A DNA stretch of 64,000 nt, from the NCBI GenBank assembly GCA_965648935.1, contig CBFGIY010000001.1, positions 32,794-96,793 on the forward strand. The letters run 5' to 3'. This DNA is from a candidate division WOR-3 bacterium. Its GTDB lineage: Bacteria; Hydrothermota; Tepidihabitantia; Tepidihabitantales; Tepidihabitantaceae. A program made the translations under genes and the position numbers. The notes under the pieces were generated by a model that ran no database searches, was not told the DNA's origin, and saw only the letters and a program-made list of their open reading frames with translations. Below are positions 46,653-56,219 of the stretch, piece after piece (positions within the stretch are counted from its first letter, which is position 1; each line of letters starts with the position of its first letter).

Positions 46653-47347
46653 TCGCGGTCGAGCTTGTACCCGACGCCGCGCACGTTCTTCAGCAACGCG
46701 CCGGCCCGGCCCAGCTTGCGCCGGAGATTGGTGATGTGGACATCGACCGTCCGGTCGATGACCGACTTGTCGTGCCCCCAGAGCCGGTTGAGGATTTCGT
46801 CACGCGAGTGCACCCAGCCCGGGTGTTCGGCGAGAATGCCGAGGATGCGGAACTCGGTGGTGGTCAGGCTAACCGGCCGGCCGTCGACGGTTGCCTCGAA
46901 CCGCTTGTCGTCAATCGCCAGGCCCGGGGCGACCTCACGCGGCGCGCCCGGCCGGGGTGCCTCGCGCCGGCGCAGTACCGCCTTCACCCGGGCCTCGAGC
47001 TCGCGCGGCGAGAACGGCTTGGTGATGTAGTCGTCGGCGCCGAGTTCAAGCCCCAGCACCTTGTCTGTCTCCCCTGCCCGGGCCGTAAGCATCACCACCG
47101 GCACATCGGCGGTACGCGGCTCGGCGCGCAGCCGGCGGCATATCTCCATCCCGTCGGCGTCGGGCAACATCAGGTCCAGAAGCAGCAGGTCGGGCAGGTT
47201 GTCGTCAAGCCAGCGGTAGAACGGCTCGGCCTCGGCGAACTCGACCGTGCGGAACCCGGCGCGCTCTAGCGTGCCCGACACAAGTTCGAGCAGGTCGGGC
47301 TCGTCGTCGACTATGGCGACGAGGCGGCTAGCTGTCTTGCTGGTCAA
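46649..47347 (-). CDS. phoB: OmpR/PhoB-family response regulator (start uncertain)
   Basis: IVDDE, LDLMLP, GADDYITKPFS, RTVDVHI..LRRKL, VRGVGY; located in the pho/pst cluster. Confidence 0.88.
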   Translation of the reverse strand: MTSKTASRLVAIVDDEPDLLELVSGTLERAGFRTVEFAEAEPFYRWLDDNLPDLLLLDLMLPDADGMEICRRLRAEPRTADVPVVMLTARAGETDKVLGLELGADDYITKPFSPRELEARVKAVLRRREAPRPGAPREVAPGLAIDDKRFEATVDGRPVSLTTTEFRILGILAEHPGWVHSRDEILNRLWGHDKSVIDRTVDVHITNLRRKLGRAGALLKNVRGVGYKLDRE

Positions 47348-47996
47348 AGTGGTGCTTGATGACCTCGCCGGTTGACATGTAGATGACATCCTCGGCGAGG
47401 TTGGTCGCGAGGTCGGCGATACGCTCGAGGTTGAGCGATACCATCATCAGCTTGAGCGCGCGGTCGATGGCCTTCGCGTCCGAGGTCATGTACGTCACCA
47501 GCTCGCGTTTGATCTGATCGTTGAGCGCGTCGACTATGGAGTCGCGCGCGCAGACATCGCGCGCCAGCCGCGCGTCGGCCCGCGTGAACGCGTCGAGCGC
47601 GTCCTTGAGCATCGCCACCGCCTGCTCCGCCATGCGCGGAATGTCGACCAGTGGCTTGAGCTGGGGCACGCCGATCAGGTAGGTCGCGGCCTCGGCCACG
47701 TTCACGGCGTGGTCGCCGATGCGCTCGAGGTCGTTGTTGATCTTGATGCAGGCGGCGAGCGTGCGCAGGTTGCCCGCCTCGGGCTGGTGCAGCGCCATCA
47801 GGTTGATGATGAGGTCCTCGTTCTCGACCTCCTGCCGGTTAACGACGCTCTCCTGGACTTCGATGATGTGACGCGCGGCTTCGGCATCCCGCTCGACCAG
47901 TGCCCGGATGCTGCCCGAGACCATGTCCTCGACCGTGCCGGCCATCGCCAGCAGGCGTTCCTTCAGCTCGGCTATCTTGCCTTCGAGTACGGTCAA
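47328..47996 (-). CDS. phoU: Phosphate signalling protein PhoU
   Basis: DLERIGDHAVNVAE and NLERIADLATNLAE repeats. Confidence 0.95.
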   Translation of the reverse strand: MTVLEGKIAELKERLLAMAGTVEDMVSGSIRALVERDAEAARHIIEVQESVVNRQEVENEDLIINLMALHQPEAGNLRTLAACIKINNDLERIGDHAVNVAEAATYLIGVPQLKPLVDIPRMAEQAVAMLKDALDAFTRADARLARDVCARDSIVDALNDQIKRELVTYMTSDAKAIDRALKLMMVSLNLERIADLATNLAEDVIYMSTGEVIKHHFDQQDS

Positions 47997-48066
47997 CTTT
48001 GACTCCTATTCTCGGTCGCGGTCTGTCAGATTATGGCCCTTCCCGCGCGGAACGCAAGCCCCTGCG

Positions 48067-48825
48067 TCATCCGAACTTGCCCGTCAGGAAGTCCTCGGTG
48101 CGGCGATCCTTGGGCTTGGTGAAGACACCCGCGGTCGGACCGGTCTCCACCATCTCGCCCAGCATCAGAAAGGCGCAGAAGTCCGAAACGCGCGCCGCCT
48201 GCTGCATGTTGTGGGTCACGATGACGATGGTGTAGTCGCGCTTGAGCTGGATGACCAGCTCCTCGAGCTTGGCGGTCGAGTGCGGGTCCAGGGCCGAGGC
48301 CGGCTCGTCGAGCAGGATGATCTCGGGCCGCACCGCTATCGCCCGGGCGAGGCAGAGCCGCTGCTGCTGCCCGCCCGACAGGCTGAAGGCGCTGTCGTGC
48401 AGCCGGTCCTTGACCTCGTCCCAGAGGTTGGCCGCGCGCAGCGACTCCTCGACGCGCGCCCCGATCTCGTTGCGGTTGCCTTCATGATGAATCCGCAGGC
48501 CGAAAGCCACGTTCTCGAATATCGACTTGGGAAACGGGTTGGGTTTCTGGAACACCATACCGACGCGCTTGCGCAGCTCTATCACATCGACATCGGCGAA
48601 GATGTTCTTGCCGTCGATGACGATGCGGCCCTCGATACGCACGCCGGCCACAAGGTCGTTCATCCGGTTGATGGTGCGCAGCAGCGTCGACTTGCCGCAG
48701 CCGGACGGACCCATAATCGCGGTCACGGCATTCGGCGGTATGTCCAGACTGCAGCCCTTCAGAACGTGGTTCGTGCCGAACCACAGTGAGAGGTCCTGTA
48801 CCGAAATTCTGGTCTGGTCTGGCAT
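48067..48825 (-). CDS. pstB: Phosphate ABC transporter ATPase
   Basis: [45 protein letters not shown]. Confidence 0.97.
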   Translation of the reverse strand: MPDQTRISVQDLSLWFGTNHVLKGCSLDIPPNAVTAIMGPSGCGKSTLLRTINRMNDLVAGVRIEGRIVIDGKNIFADVDVIELRKRVGMVFQKPNPFPKSIFENVAFGLRIHHEGNRNEIGARVEESLRAANLWDEVKDRLHDSAFSLSGGQQQRLCLARAIAVRPEIILLDEPASALDPHSTAKLEELVIQLKRDYTIVIVTHNMQQAARVSDFCAFLMLGEMVETGPTAGVFTKPKDRRTEDFLTGKFG

Positions 48826-48840
48826 TTCTCTCCTGTTCTC

Positions 48841-49749
48841 CTACACCTGCCAGCTGTTGGTCCGGGCGATGCGCATCCGTATCGCGAAGGCGATCGCGTC
48901 AAAGAAGAGCACCGCGACGAGCAGGACGATGGCGGTGCCGAAAGCCAGGGGCCGGACCTGCATGATCTTGTCATGCTGGGTCGCCAGAGTGAAAAGGTGA
49001 TAGGGCAGGGCCATGAACTTGCTCGAAAGCGACGTCGGCAACTGCCGCGTGTAGTAGGTCACGCCGGTGAACAGTATCGGCGCGGTCTCGCCGATGGTGC
49101 GGGCCAGCGCGAGCAGCGCGCCGGTCAGTATTCCCGGGAACGCATAGGGCAACACGTTCTTGCGTATCGCCTCCCAGCGGGTCGCGCCCAGGGCCAGCGC
49201 GCCCTCACGGAACGACGAAGGTATCGCAGTGATCGCCTCTTCCGCGGTCGTGATGATCCAGGGCAGGTTCATCAAACCGAGCGTCAGGCCCGACGCGATG
49301 ATCGACATCCCCAGGCGCAGGCTCGACACGAACAGCGCGACACCGAAAAGGCCGTACACGATGGAAGGTATCCCGGCGAGGCTGCGGATCGCCGAGCGCA
49401 AGAGCCGCGTGAACAGGTTGGCCGGCGCGTACTCGGAAAGGTATATTCCCGAGCAGACACCGACCGGTATCGAAAACGCGAGCGAAATGAACGTCACGAA
49501 AGCCGTGCCGACCACGCAGGGCAGGATGCCGCCCGCAGTCATTCCTTCCAGCGGCGGCTTGCTCAGGAACTCCCACGACAGCACCCCGGCGCCGTTGCGG
49601 AAGAGATAGAAAAACATGAAGGCGATGAACGCGATGAACAGGAACAGCGGCACCGCGAGCACGATGAACAGCGCGCTCGACGCGAACCGGGCGCGGCGCA
49701 GCCGGGCCTGACCCTCCGGGCTGCGGGCAGCAGGACTCGAATCGCTCAT
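48841..49749 (-). CDS. pstA: Phosphate ABC transporter permease PstA
   Basis: LAGIPSIVYGLFG, REGALALGATRW, IGETAPILFTG. Confidence 0.95.
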   Translation of the reverse strand: MSDSSPAARSPEGQARLRRARFASSALFIVLAVPLFLFIAFIAFMFFYLFRNGAGVLSWEFLSKPPLEGMTAGGILPCVVGTAFVTFISLAFSIPVGVCSGIYLSEYAPANLFTRLLRSAIRSLAGIPSIVYGLFGVALFVSSLRLGMSIIASGLTLGLMNLPWIITTAEEAITAIPSSFREGALALGATRWEAIRKNVLPYAFPGILTGALLALARTIGETAPILFTGVTYYTRQLPTSLSSKFMALPYHLFTLATQHDKIMQVRPLAFGTAIVLLVAVLFFDAIAFAIRMRIARTNSWQV

Positions 49750-50633
49750 AGCATGAAGCTCCGTTTCTCGCGCCGGATGAGCGCTTCGGCCAGCAGGTTG
49801 GTGCCCAGGGTAATGGCGAAAAGCACCAGACCGAGCGCGAACAGCGCGTAGTAGTGCGTCGTGAAGAACGGAGTCTCGCCCAGCTCGATGGCGATGGTCG
49901 TCGTTATGGTGCGCGTCGCGTCGAACAGCGACCTGGGCATGTGCGGCGCATTGCCCGCCACCATCAGCACCGCCATCGTCTCGCCCACGGCCCGGCCAAA
50001 CCCGAGCATGCACCCGGCAAGGATGCCCGACTTGGCCGCGGGCAGCACCACACGCGTTGCCGTGGTCCAGGGCGTTGCGCCCAGCGCCGCGGCCGCCTCG
50101 CGGTAGGAGTGGGGCACGACGCGCAACGCGTCGTCCGAAACCGATATGATGGTCGGCAGCGCCATCAAGGCAAGTAGCACCCCGGCATTGAGAATGTTCA
50201 ATCCGGACGGCACGTTGAACAGCCGAGCGATGAGCGGCGCGACCACGACCAGACCGAAGAATCCGAGGACCACCGACGGAAACCCCGCGAAGAGCTCGAC
50301 CATCGTCTTGACCATCACCCGCACCCAGCCGCGTAGCCGCTCCGAGATGAACACCGCGCTGGCGATCCCCAGCGGCACCGCAATCACAAGGGCCAGTGCC
50401 GTGGTCACCAGGCTGCCGACCAGCAGCGGCAGCAGGCCGTAGCTCGGCTCGCCGTAGGCATCCGGGTTCCAGACCGTGCCGAACAGGAACCTGGCGACGC
50501 TCGTTTCGCGAAACGTCCGCACTCCGTAAAGCGCGAGGAACGCAAGAATGCCGAGCAGCGTCGCCGACCCGATCAGTGCGTTGACGAAGAACACCGAACG
50601 GGCGGTGCGGTCGGCAAGACGGCGGGTGTTCAT
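49746..50633 (-). CDS. pstC: Phosphate ABC transporter permease PstC
   Basis: ELFAGFPSVVLGFFG, GRAVGETMAVLMVAGN. Confidence 0.95.
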   Translation of the reverse strand: MNTRRLADRTARSVFFVNALIGSATLLGILAFLALYGVRTFRETSVARFLFGTVWNPDAYGEPSYGLLPLLVGSLVTTALALVIAVPLGIASAVFISERLRGWVRVMVKTMVELFAGFPSVVLGFFGLVVVAPLIARLFNVPSGLNILNAGVLLALMALPTIISVSDDALRVVPHSYREAAAALGATPWTTATRVVLPAAKSGILAGCMLGFGRAVGETMAVLMVAGNAPHMPRSLFDATRTITTTIAIELGETPFFTTHYYALFALGLVLFAITLGTNLLAEALIRREKRSFML

Positions 50634-50672
50634 TTGATTAGCGGCGCGGCGCCTCCCGCCGCGCCCGGTTTG

Positions 50673-51530
50673 TCACTTCAGCTTCGCGTTGTTCTTCTCG
50701 ACCCAGTCCCTCGTGACCGGCAGGAAGCCCTCTTCCTCGACTATCCTCTGCCCGGCCGGGCTGAGCTCGAACTCGATGAACGCCTTGACCGCGCCCTTGG
50801 GCTTGCCGTTGGTGTACTGGAACAGCGCCCGGGTCAGCGGGTAGTTGCCCGACTTCACGAGATTGTCGTCCAGCGGCGACACGTAGGTCTTGCCGTCGCG
50901 CGACAGGCTCACCGGCTTGACTCCGGTCATTTCTTTGAGGTAGCCCAGGCCGACGTAACCGACGCCGCCGAGGTCGGCCTTCACGCCCTCGATTATCTGG
51001 GCGTTGCCGTTCATCTGGCGCATCGCCGCCGAATACTCCGCCTTCACGACCTCGTCGCGGAAGAACACGAAAGTGCCCGAGGAAGGCTGGCGCCCGTAGA
51101 GCGTTATCTTGCGGTCCGGCCCGCCGACTTCCTTCCAGTTCTTGATCGTGCCGCGGTAGATCTTGGCAAGCTGGTCCATCGTCAGCTTCTCGACGGTGTT
51201 CGAGGAATTGACGATCACCGACAGCCCGTCGATGGCGATCGCAAACTCGGTGATGTTGACGCCGTTGGCCCGCGCCGTGCCGATTTCCTTCGACTTGATC
51301 GGGCGCGACGCGTTGGCGATGTCGGCCTCGCGGTTGGATATCGCGTTGATGCCCACGCCCGAGCCGCCGCCGGTGATGGACACCGTGGCGTCGGCCCTGG
51401 TCGCGCTGAACGCCTCGGCCAGCCGCTGGGTCAGGTTGAGCATCGTGTCTGAACCCTTGACCAGTATCTCACCGGCCAGGGCGGTGCCGGCCAGGGCGGC
51501 CAGGGCGAGCAGTGTGCCGAATCTCTTCAT
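50673..51530 (-). CDS. pstS: Phosphate-binding protein PstS
   Basis: Signal peptide; KGSDTM, GGGSGVG, ANASR, SSGT..FF, YPLTR.L. Confidence 0.93.
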   Translation of the reverse strand: MKRFGTLLALAALAGTALAGEILVKGSDTMLNLTQRLAEAFSATRADATVSITGGGSGVGINAISNREADIANASRPIKSKEIGTARANGVNITEFAIAIDGLSVIVNSSNTVEKLTMDQLAKIYRGTIKNWKEVGGPDRKITLYGRQPSSGTFVFFRDEVVKAEYSAAMRQMNGNAQIIEGVKADLGGVGYVGLGYLKEMTGVKPVSLSRDGKTYVSPLDDNLVKSGNYPLTRALFQYTNGKPKGAVKAFIEFELSPAGQRIVEEEGFLPVTRDWVEKNNAKLK

Positions 51531-51552
51531 TTCGTCTCCTTGGTTCGGTTGC

Positions 51553-52740
51553 CTAAATCTCGGGCGGCGGCACGTGCGCGACCCACTCGAACCGGAACTG
51601 GGCCATGAACGTGTCCTTCGGGTCCACGCCTTCCTTGCGCGACATCTCGCGCGACCAGGCAAGCTGGAGCGCGGCCCCGGGCCGCCCGCCGGCGCGGCGG
51701 TAGAAGTGCCAGTTGGCCCCGGCCCCGATGCGCGAGAAGCTCGCGCCGAGATTGACCGGCATCGAATCTCCGGACTGCTCCTTGCGCTCCCAGGTCGAGA
51801 ACCGGCCCCACGCTTCGAGCCTGCGCCCGAGCAGCGTCACGACCGGCATCACGTCGAACCCGCCCATCGCATAGTCCTTGGTCTTGGTCTCAAGTGTCGA
51901 GTCGATGAGGACGTTGGCCGTATCGTAGACGAGCTTGTACTGGCTGAAGGAACGGGTGTAATTGTAGCCGACATAGCTGCCCAGCACATAGACCGGGCCG
52001 ACCGCAACGCGGACCATCGGGCTGAACGCGAGACGCTTGGTGTTGGCGGTGTCGGGCATCAGCCTGAGCTTGTTGTCGCTCGAGCGCTTGCCCCCGGCGA
52101 CATCGTTCTTGTACAGCGATATGTCGCGCTCGTGGGTGAAGACCGAGCCGCCGAACTGCAGACCCGGGAACGGGGTCAGGCGCAGGTTGGCCAGCAGCTC
52201 GGGGGCCGTGCCGACGAACTTGCCCGCCATCTTGTAGCCCTCGCCGTTGTACACGCCGAGCTGAAGCTCGCCCAGACCCGAGGGCAGGAAACCGTTGACC
52301 GTGATACCGTAGTCGGCGCTCGAACACACGCCGCGGTCGTCAATCAGGTCCTTGTCCGGGTTCAGGTAGTCCCACGAATAGATGAGCCCGAAGTAGTGCT
52401 TCTGCAGGCCCGCGGTCAGCAGGAAGTCGGGCAGGAAGGGAATGGCGAAGTCCATGTAGCCTTCCTTCAGCCGCACGGTCGAGCCCTCGGTGTACTTGTC
52501 GGACGAGAACATGTCGACCGTGAACTTGGAGTACAGCGCCGGGGTCCAGCGGTGCGCCAGCCGGATGTAGCCGCGCTCCAGCGCGAACCGGCTGACACTC
52601 GGGTCGGTGATACTGAAGTTCGTGGACTGGTTCGTGTAGCGGAACCAGCCGTTCATCTCCAACTGAGTATGGCCCGGATCCTGGGCCAGTGCGCCTGCTG
52701 CCGCGATAGCGAGCAGCACGATTACAGCGGTCGTTTTCAC
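51553..52740 (-). CDS. Outer-membrane porin-like protein, probably phosphate-selective
   Basis: Signal peptide, alternating beta-strand pattern (FALERGYIRL, GVYNGEGY, AQFRFEW); heads the pst operon. Confidence 0.7.
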   Translation of the reverse strand: MKTTAVIVLLAIAAAGALAQDPGHTQLEMNGWFRYTNQSTNFSITDPSVSRFALERGYIRLAHRWTPALYSKFTVDMFSSDKYTEGSTVRLKEGYMDFAIPFLPDFLLTAGLQKHYFGLIYSWDYLNPDKDLIDDRGVCSSADYGITVNGFLPSGLGELQLGVYNGEGYKMAGKFVGTAPELLANLRLTPFPGLQFGGSVFTHERDISLYKNDVAGGKRSSDNKLRLMPDTANTKRLAFSPMVRVAVGPVYVLGSYVGYNYTRSFSQYKLVYDTANVLIDSTLETKTKDYAMGGFDVMPVVTLLGRRLEAWGRFSTWERKEQSGDSMPVNLGASFSRIGAGANWHFYRRAGGRPGAALQLAWSREMSRKEGVDPKDTFMAQFRFEWVAHVPPPEI

Positions 52741-52777
52741 TCAGAGCCTCCTTTTGTGAGTTTCGAGCGCAGGGCTA

Positions 52778-52830
52778 TGCTAAGACCGCCTGTTATTGCC
52801 GGATAAGCCGAATGCTAAGACTTTCTTAAC
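52778..52830 (-). promoter_or_regulatory. Candidate Pho box array
   Basis: Minus strand GTTAAGA, CTTAGCA, CTTATCC, AATAACA, CTTAGCA spaced 10-13 nt apart, upstream of the porin-pst operon. Confidence 0.45.
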
Positions 52831-52902
52831 ACTGCACCGAGCGAATCGAGGCTGTCCGGGATGCGCGATTGACAGCAGTTAGCGCGGTCAATATGATTGG
52901 CC

Positions 52903-53619
52903 GTGCCTCGCGCCTTGGTCTGCATCCCGACCTACAACGAGGCCGAAAACATCGGCCGCATCATCCCGGTCGCGCTCGCGCAGTCGCCGGAGATAGACGT
53001 GCTGGTCATTGACGACGGCTCGCCGGACGGCACCGGCGACATCGTGGCCCGGCTCGCGGCCGAGAACCCGCGCGTCCACCTGCTGAGGCGACAGGGCAAG
53101 CAAGGCTTGGGCACCGCCTATGTCGCCGGCTTCAAGTGGGGCCTTGAGCGCGACTATGACCGGTTCTTCGAGATGGACGCGGACTTCTCCCACCCGGTCG
53201 ACCAGTTGCCCGTGATGCTCGAACTGCTCAAGACTCACGACCTCGTCATCGGCTCGCGCTATTGCGACGGCATCTCGATAGTGCGCTGGCCGATGAAACG
53301 GCTGCTGCTGTCCTATGGCGCGTCCATCTATGCGCGGCTGGGTACCGGCATCCCGGTGCGCGACCTCACTGCCGGGTTCAAGGGCTACACCCGCAAGGCG
53401 CTGGAATCCATCGACCTCGACCGCCTGCGCGTCGACGGCTACGGCTTCCAGATTGAGATAGTTTTCGCGATAGTGCGCAAGGGGCTGAAGTTCGTCGAAA
53501 CGCCGATCGTGTTCACCGAGCGCACCGCCGGCGTCTCCAAGATGTCGCGGCGCATCATCTGGCAGGCCTTCGGGCTGGTCATCCGCCTGCGCCTGCGCCG
53601 CATCTTCGGGCGCGGCTAG
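52903..53619 (+). CDS. Polyprenol-phosphate mannose synthase (GT2, DPM1-like)
   Basis: IPTYNEAENI, DDGSPDGT, GLGTAY, MDADFSH, DLTAGFK, GYGFQIE. TTGACA-17-TATGAT ends at 52897, favouring GTG 52903. Confidence 0.92.
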   Translation: MPRALVCIPTYNEAENIGRIIPVALAQSPEIDVLVIDDGSPDGTGDIVARLAAENPRVHLLRRQGKQGLGTAYVAGFKWGLERDYDRFFEMDADFSHPVDQLPVMLELLKTHDLVIGSRYCDGISIVRWPMKRLLLSYGASIYARLGTGIPVRDLTAGFKGYTRKALESIDLDRLRVDGYGFQIEIVFAIVRKGLKFVETPIVFTERTAGVSKMSRRIIWQAFGLVIRLRLRRIFGRG

Positions 53620-53929
53620 TCCGCACGCGAATACCGCACCCAACCCGGCCCGGATGATGGCTGCAGGCCGGACAGACATCCATCTTCGCACTAATTGAAC
53701 TTCGCGAGCGTTGTGTCAGTGACGACACGGCCGTCCTGAACTGCGACCCCGGCGTCAGACGGCGTATCAGCTTGAATGGTCTGTACTTAGTCCTGGTCTC
53801 GACCGAACTGCGGGGCCGCTGGGGGAACGGTTCCCCCACCCCTTTCCTGGCCTAACACGAATACCACGCTGTGTCAGATCGGCCGCGCCGGTGACCGTGG
53901 CGGTCACCCTGCCGCATTCCCTGCCGACT
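53618..53929 (-). ncRNA. OLE-RNA-like structured ncRNA, compact (~310 nt)
   Basis: The ends pair: AGTCGGCAGGGAATGCGGCA with TGCGGTATTCGCGTGCGGACT. Ordered blocks GTGGTATT.GTGTTAGGCCAG, GGTCGAGACCAGGACTAAGTACAGACCATTC, CCGGGGTCGCAGTTCAGGACGGCCGTGTCG, CAACGCTCGCGAAGTT...AGTGCGA and GCCTGCAGCCATCATC match my recollection of the OLE consensus. Confidence 0.7.
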
Positions 53930-53965
53930 CCTCCCCTGCGGAACGACAGCTTCTCTGTGGGGCGC

Positions 53966-53994
53966 TTGGGCCGGCCCTCAGGTCGCGTTATACT
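53966..53994 (+). promoter_or_regulatory. rnpB promoter
   Basis: TTGGGC, 17 nt, TATACT, ending ~7 nt before P1. Confidence 0.6.
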
Positions 53995-54001
53995 GCGCTG
54001 A

Positions 54002-54352
54002 AGGCGGGTCGGACGGTCGCCCGGCAACGGGAGGAAAGTCCGAGCACCATAGGGCAAGGCACTCGTTAAGAGCGAGGCTGCGGGTCGGAGACGGCCCGTG
54101 GACGGAAAGTGCCACAGAAAACATACCGCCCGCAAGGGTAAGGGTGAAATAGTGCGGTAAGAGCGCACTGTCCCCGACGGCGACGCCGGGGACCGGCAAA
54201 CCCTGCCGGTGCAAGACGAATATGGGAACAGGACCGGCCCGGTCCGTTACGATTCCCGGGTATGTCGCTTGAGACCGGCGGGCAACCGCCGGCCCAGATA
54301 AATGACCGTCACCGGCGCAAGCCGGTACAGAACTCGGCTTACAGACCCGCCT
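54002..54352 (+). ncRNA. rnpB: RNase P RNA, type A
   Basis: GAGGAAAGTCC, AGTGCCACAGAAA, GGTGAAA..GTGCGGTAAGAGC, ACAGAACTCGGCTTA; P1 AGGCGGGTC/GACCCGCCT. Confidence 0.97.
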
Positions 54353-54419
54353 CCACTCTCGCCGCCCTGCGGGCTTGCCCGGCCGTTGACAACGGGCAAC
54401 CCGTCCCTAAGCTGGCGCG

Positions 54420-56162
54420 ATGCTGATTCAGGGCACCAATCTCCACAAGTCCATCGGCGCACAGGCCGTGCTTGCCGGTGTCTCGTTTGTCGTCAACCGC
54501 GGCGACAAGGTCGGCGTCGTCGGCCCGAACGGCTCGGGCAAGACCACGCTGCTGCGCATCGTGAAGCGCGAGATCGAACCGGACGATGGCGAGCTGGTGT
54601 TTGCCGGCCGGCCAGAAATCGGCTACTTCCGGCAGGACGTACTCGCCGACAGCGGGACGACGGTGTATTCGGCCGTGCTCGGCGAGATGGAGAACGTCCA
54701 GAAGCGCATCGACTCGGTGCGGCGCGAGCTGGAAGAGGACCCCGAGGATGAGGCCGCGCTGGTCAAGCTCGAGGCTTTCGAAGAGGAGATGGACGCGCGG
54801 TTCGGCCCGGACTTCCGCAGCCGCGCCGAGAAAGCCCTGGCCGGGCTGGGTTTCGGCAGGGAACGGTACGGGGACGCGGTCGCGGCGATCTCGCCGGGCG
54901 AGCGGGCCCGGCTGGAGATGGCACGCATTCTCATCGGCCAGCCCGAGCTGCTGCTGCTGGATGAGCCGACCAACTACCTCGACGTCGGCCAGCGCGAGTG
55001 GCTCGAACATTACCTGGAGGACTACAAGGGCACGGTACTGGTCGTGTCGCACGACCGCGTGTTCCTCAACGAGGTCGCCAACCGGATTTTCGAGCTGCGG
55101 CGCGGCAGGCTGAAGACCTGCGAGGGCGGGTACGACGACTATATCTTCGAGCGCGAGCAGGAACAGCAGCGCGCCGTGCGCGAGCACGACGAGCACAGGA
55201 AGGAAATCGCCAAGCTTGACCGGATTGCCCGGCGCCAGGACGCGTGGTCGGCGCGCAAGGAGAAGACCAAGACAGCGGCCGCTGATTCAGGCTTCGTCTC
55301 GGCCGCGGCCGCGCGGCTGGCCCGGCGCGGTAAGCAGGCCAGGCGGCGCATCGAAGCGGCCATCGAGGAGCACGAGGGCAAGACCCCGTTTGTCGAGAAG
55401 AAGCCCGCGCCGGTCATCTACAGCGCGGTCGAGCCCGGGCGCCGGGCAGTCCTGGTCAAGGGCCTGACCAAGAGCTTCGGCCGGCGCTGCGTGGTGAAGG
55501 ACGCCGGGTTCGAGATTCGCACCGGCGAGCGCGTGGCTCTGGTCGGGCCGAACGGCTGCGGCAAGACCGTGCTGGTGCGGATGCTCGTCGGCGAACTGAA
55601 GCCGGACAAGGGCACGGTGACCCCGGGCGCGGCCGCGAAGGTCGGCTACTTCCCGCAGGACCTCGGCACGCTCGACCTCGACTGCACCGCGGTCGAGGAG
55701 GTGATGAAGTCCGGGGTGACGCAGGAGACCGCGCGCACCGTGCTCGGCACGCTGTTGCTGCCCAAGGACTTTGCCGAGCGCCGGCTCCGCGACCTGTCGG
55801 CCGGGGAACGTTCGAAGGTGCTGCTCGCGCGGGTTCTGGCGGGCGGCGCCGACTTCCTCGTGCTCGACGAGCCTACCAACCATCTCGACATCGACGCGCT
55901 GCTCGCGCTGGAGTCGCTGCTCGTTTCGTTCCTGGGCGCGATTCTCTTCACCTCGCACGACCGGGCTCTGCTCGACAAGCTCGCGGGCCGCGTGCTTGAA
56001 CTGCGCGATGGCCGGCTCACCGACTTTCCGGGCGGCTGGCAGGCGTTTCAGGCGCAAAGCTCCCGACAGCAAGCCCCGGTTTCCAGACCCCAGACGCCGA
56101 TTCCCGGGTCGAAGGCACGCGGGCCCAAGACCCGGACTCCACAGAACAAAGCGCGCAGGTAG
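54420..56162 (+). CDS. ABC-F family ATPase
   Basis: Two NBDs (GPNGSGKTT, GPNGCGKT; LDEPTN twice; SHDR twice), no TM, long helical linker. Confidence 0.93.
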   Translation: MLIQGTNLHKSIGAQAVLAGVSFVVNRGDKVGVVGPNGSGKTTLLRIVKREIEPDDGELVFAGRPEIGYFRQDVLADSGTTVYSAVLGEMENVQKRIDSVRRELEEDPEDEAALVKLEAFEEEMDARFGPDFRSRAEKALAGLGFGRERYGDAVAAISPGERARLEMARILIGQPELLLLDEPTNYLDVGQREWLEHYLEDYKGTVLVVSHDRVFLNEVANRIFELRRGRLKTCEGGYDDYIFEREQEQQRAVREHDEHRKEIAKLDRIARRQDAWSARKEKTKTAAADSGFVSAAAARLARRGKQARRRIEAAIEEHEGKTPFVEKKPAPVIYSAVEPGRRAVLVKGLTKSFGRRCVVKDAGFEIRTGERVALVGPNGCGKTVLVRMLVGELKPDKGTVTPGAAAKVGYFPQDLGTLDLDCTAVEEVMKSGVTQETARTVLGTLLLPKDFAERRLRDLSAGERSKVLLARVLAGGADFLVLDEPTNHLDIDALLALESLLVSFLGAILFTSHDRALLDKLAGRVLELRDGRLTDFPGGWQAFQAQSSRQQAPVSRPQTPIPGSKARGPKTRTPQNKARR

Positions 56163-56219
56163 CGGCAATCGGCTGAGCAGAAGCCGGGCCGCGCGGTCTT
56201 ATGTCAGATGGACAGGATC

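Noticed and set aside
53618..53929. tmRNA, SRP RNA or 6S RNA
   Set aside because: It has no tRNA-Ala-like ends, no SRP GGAA-loop motif and no single long rod with a central bubble; the motif blocks fit OLE better.
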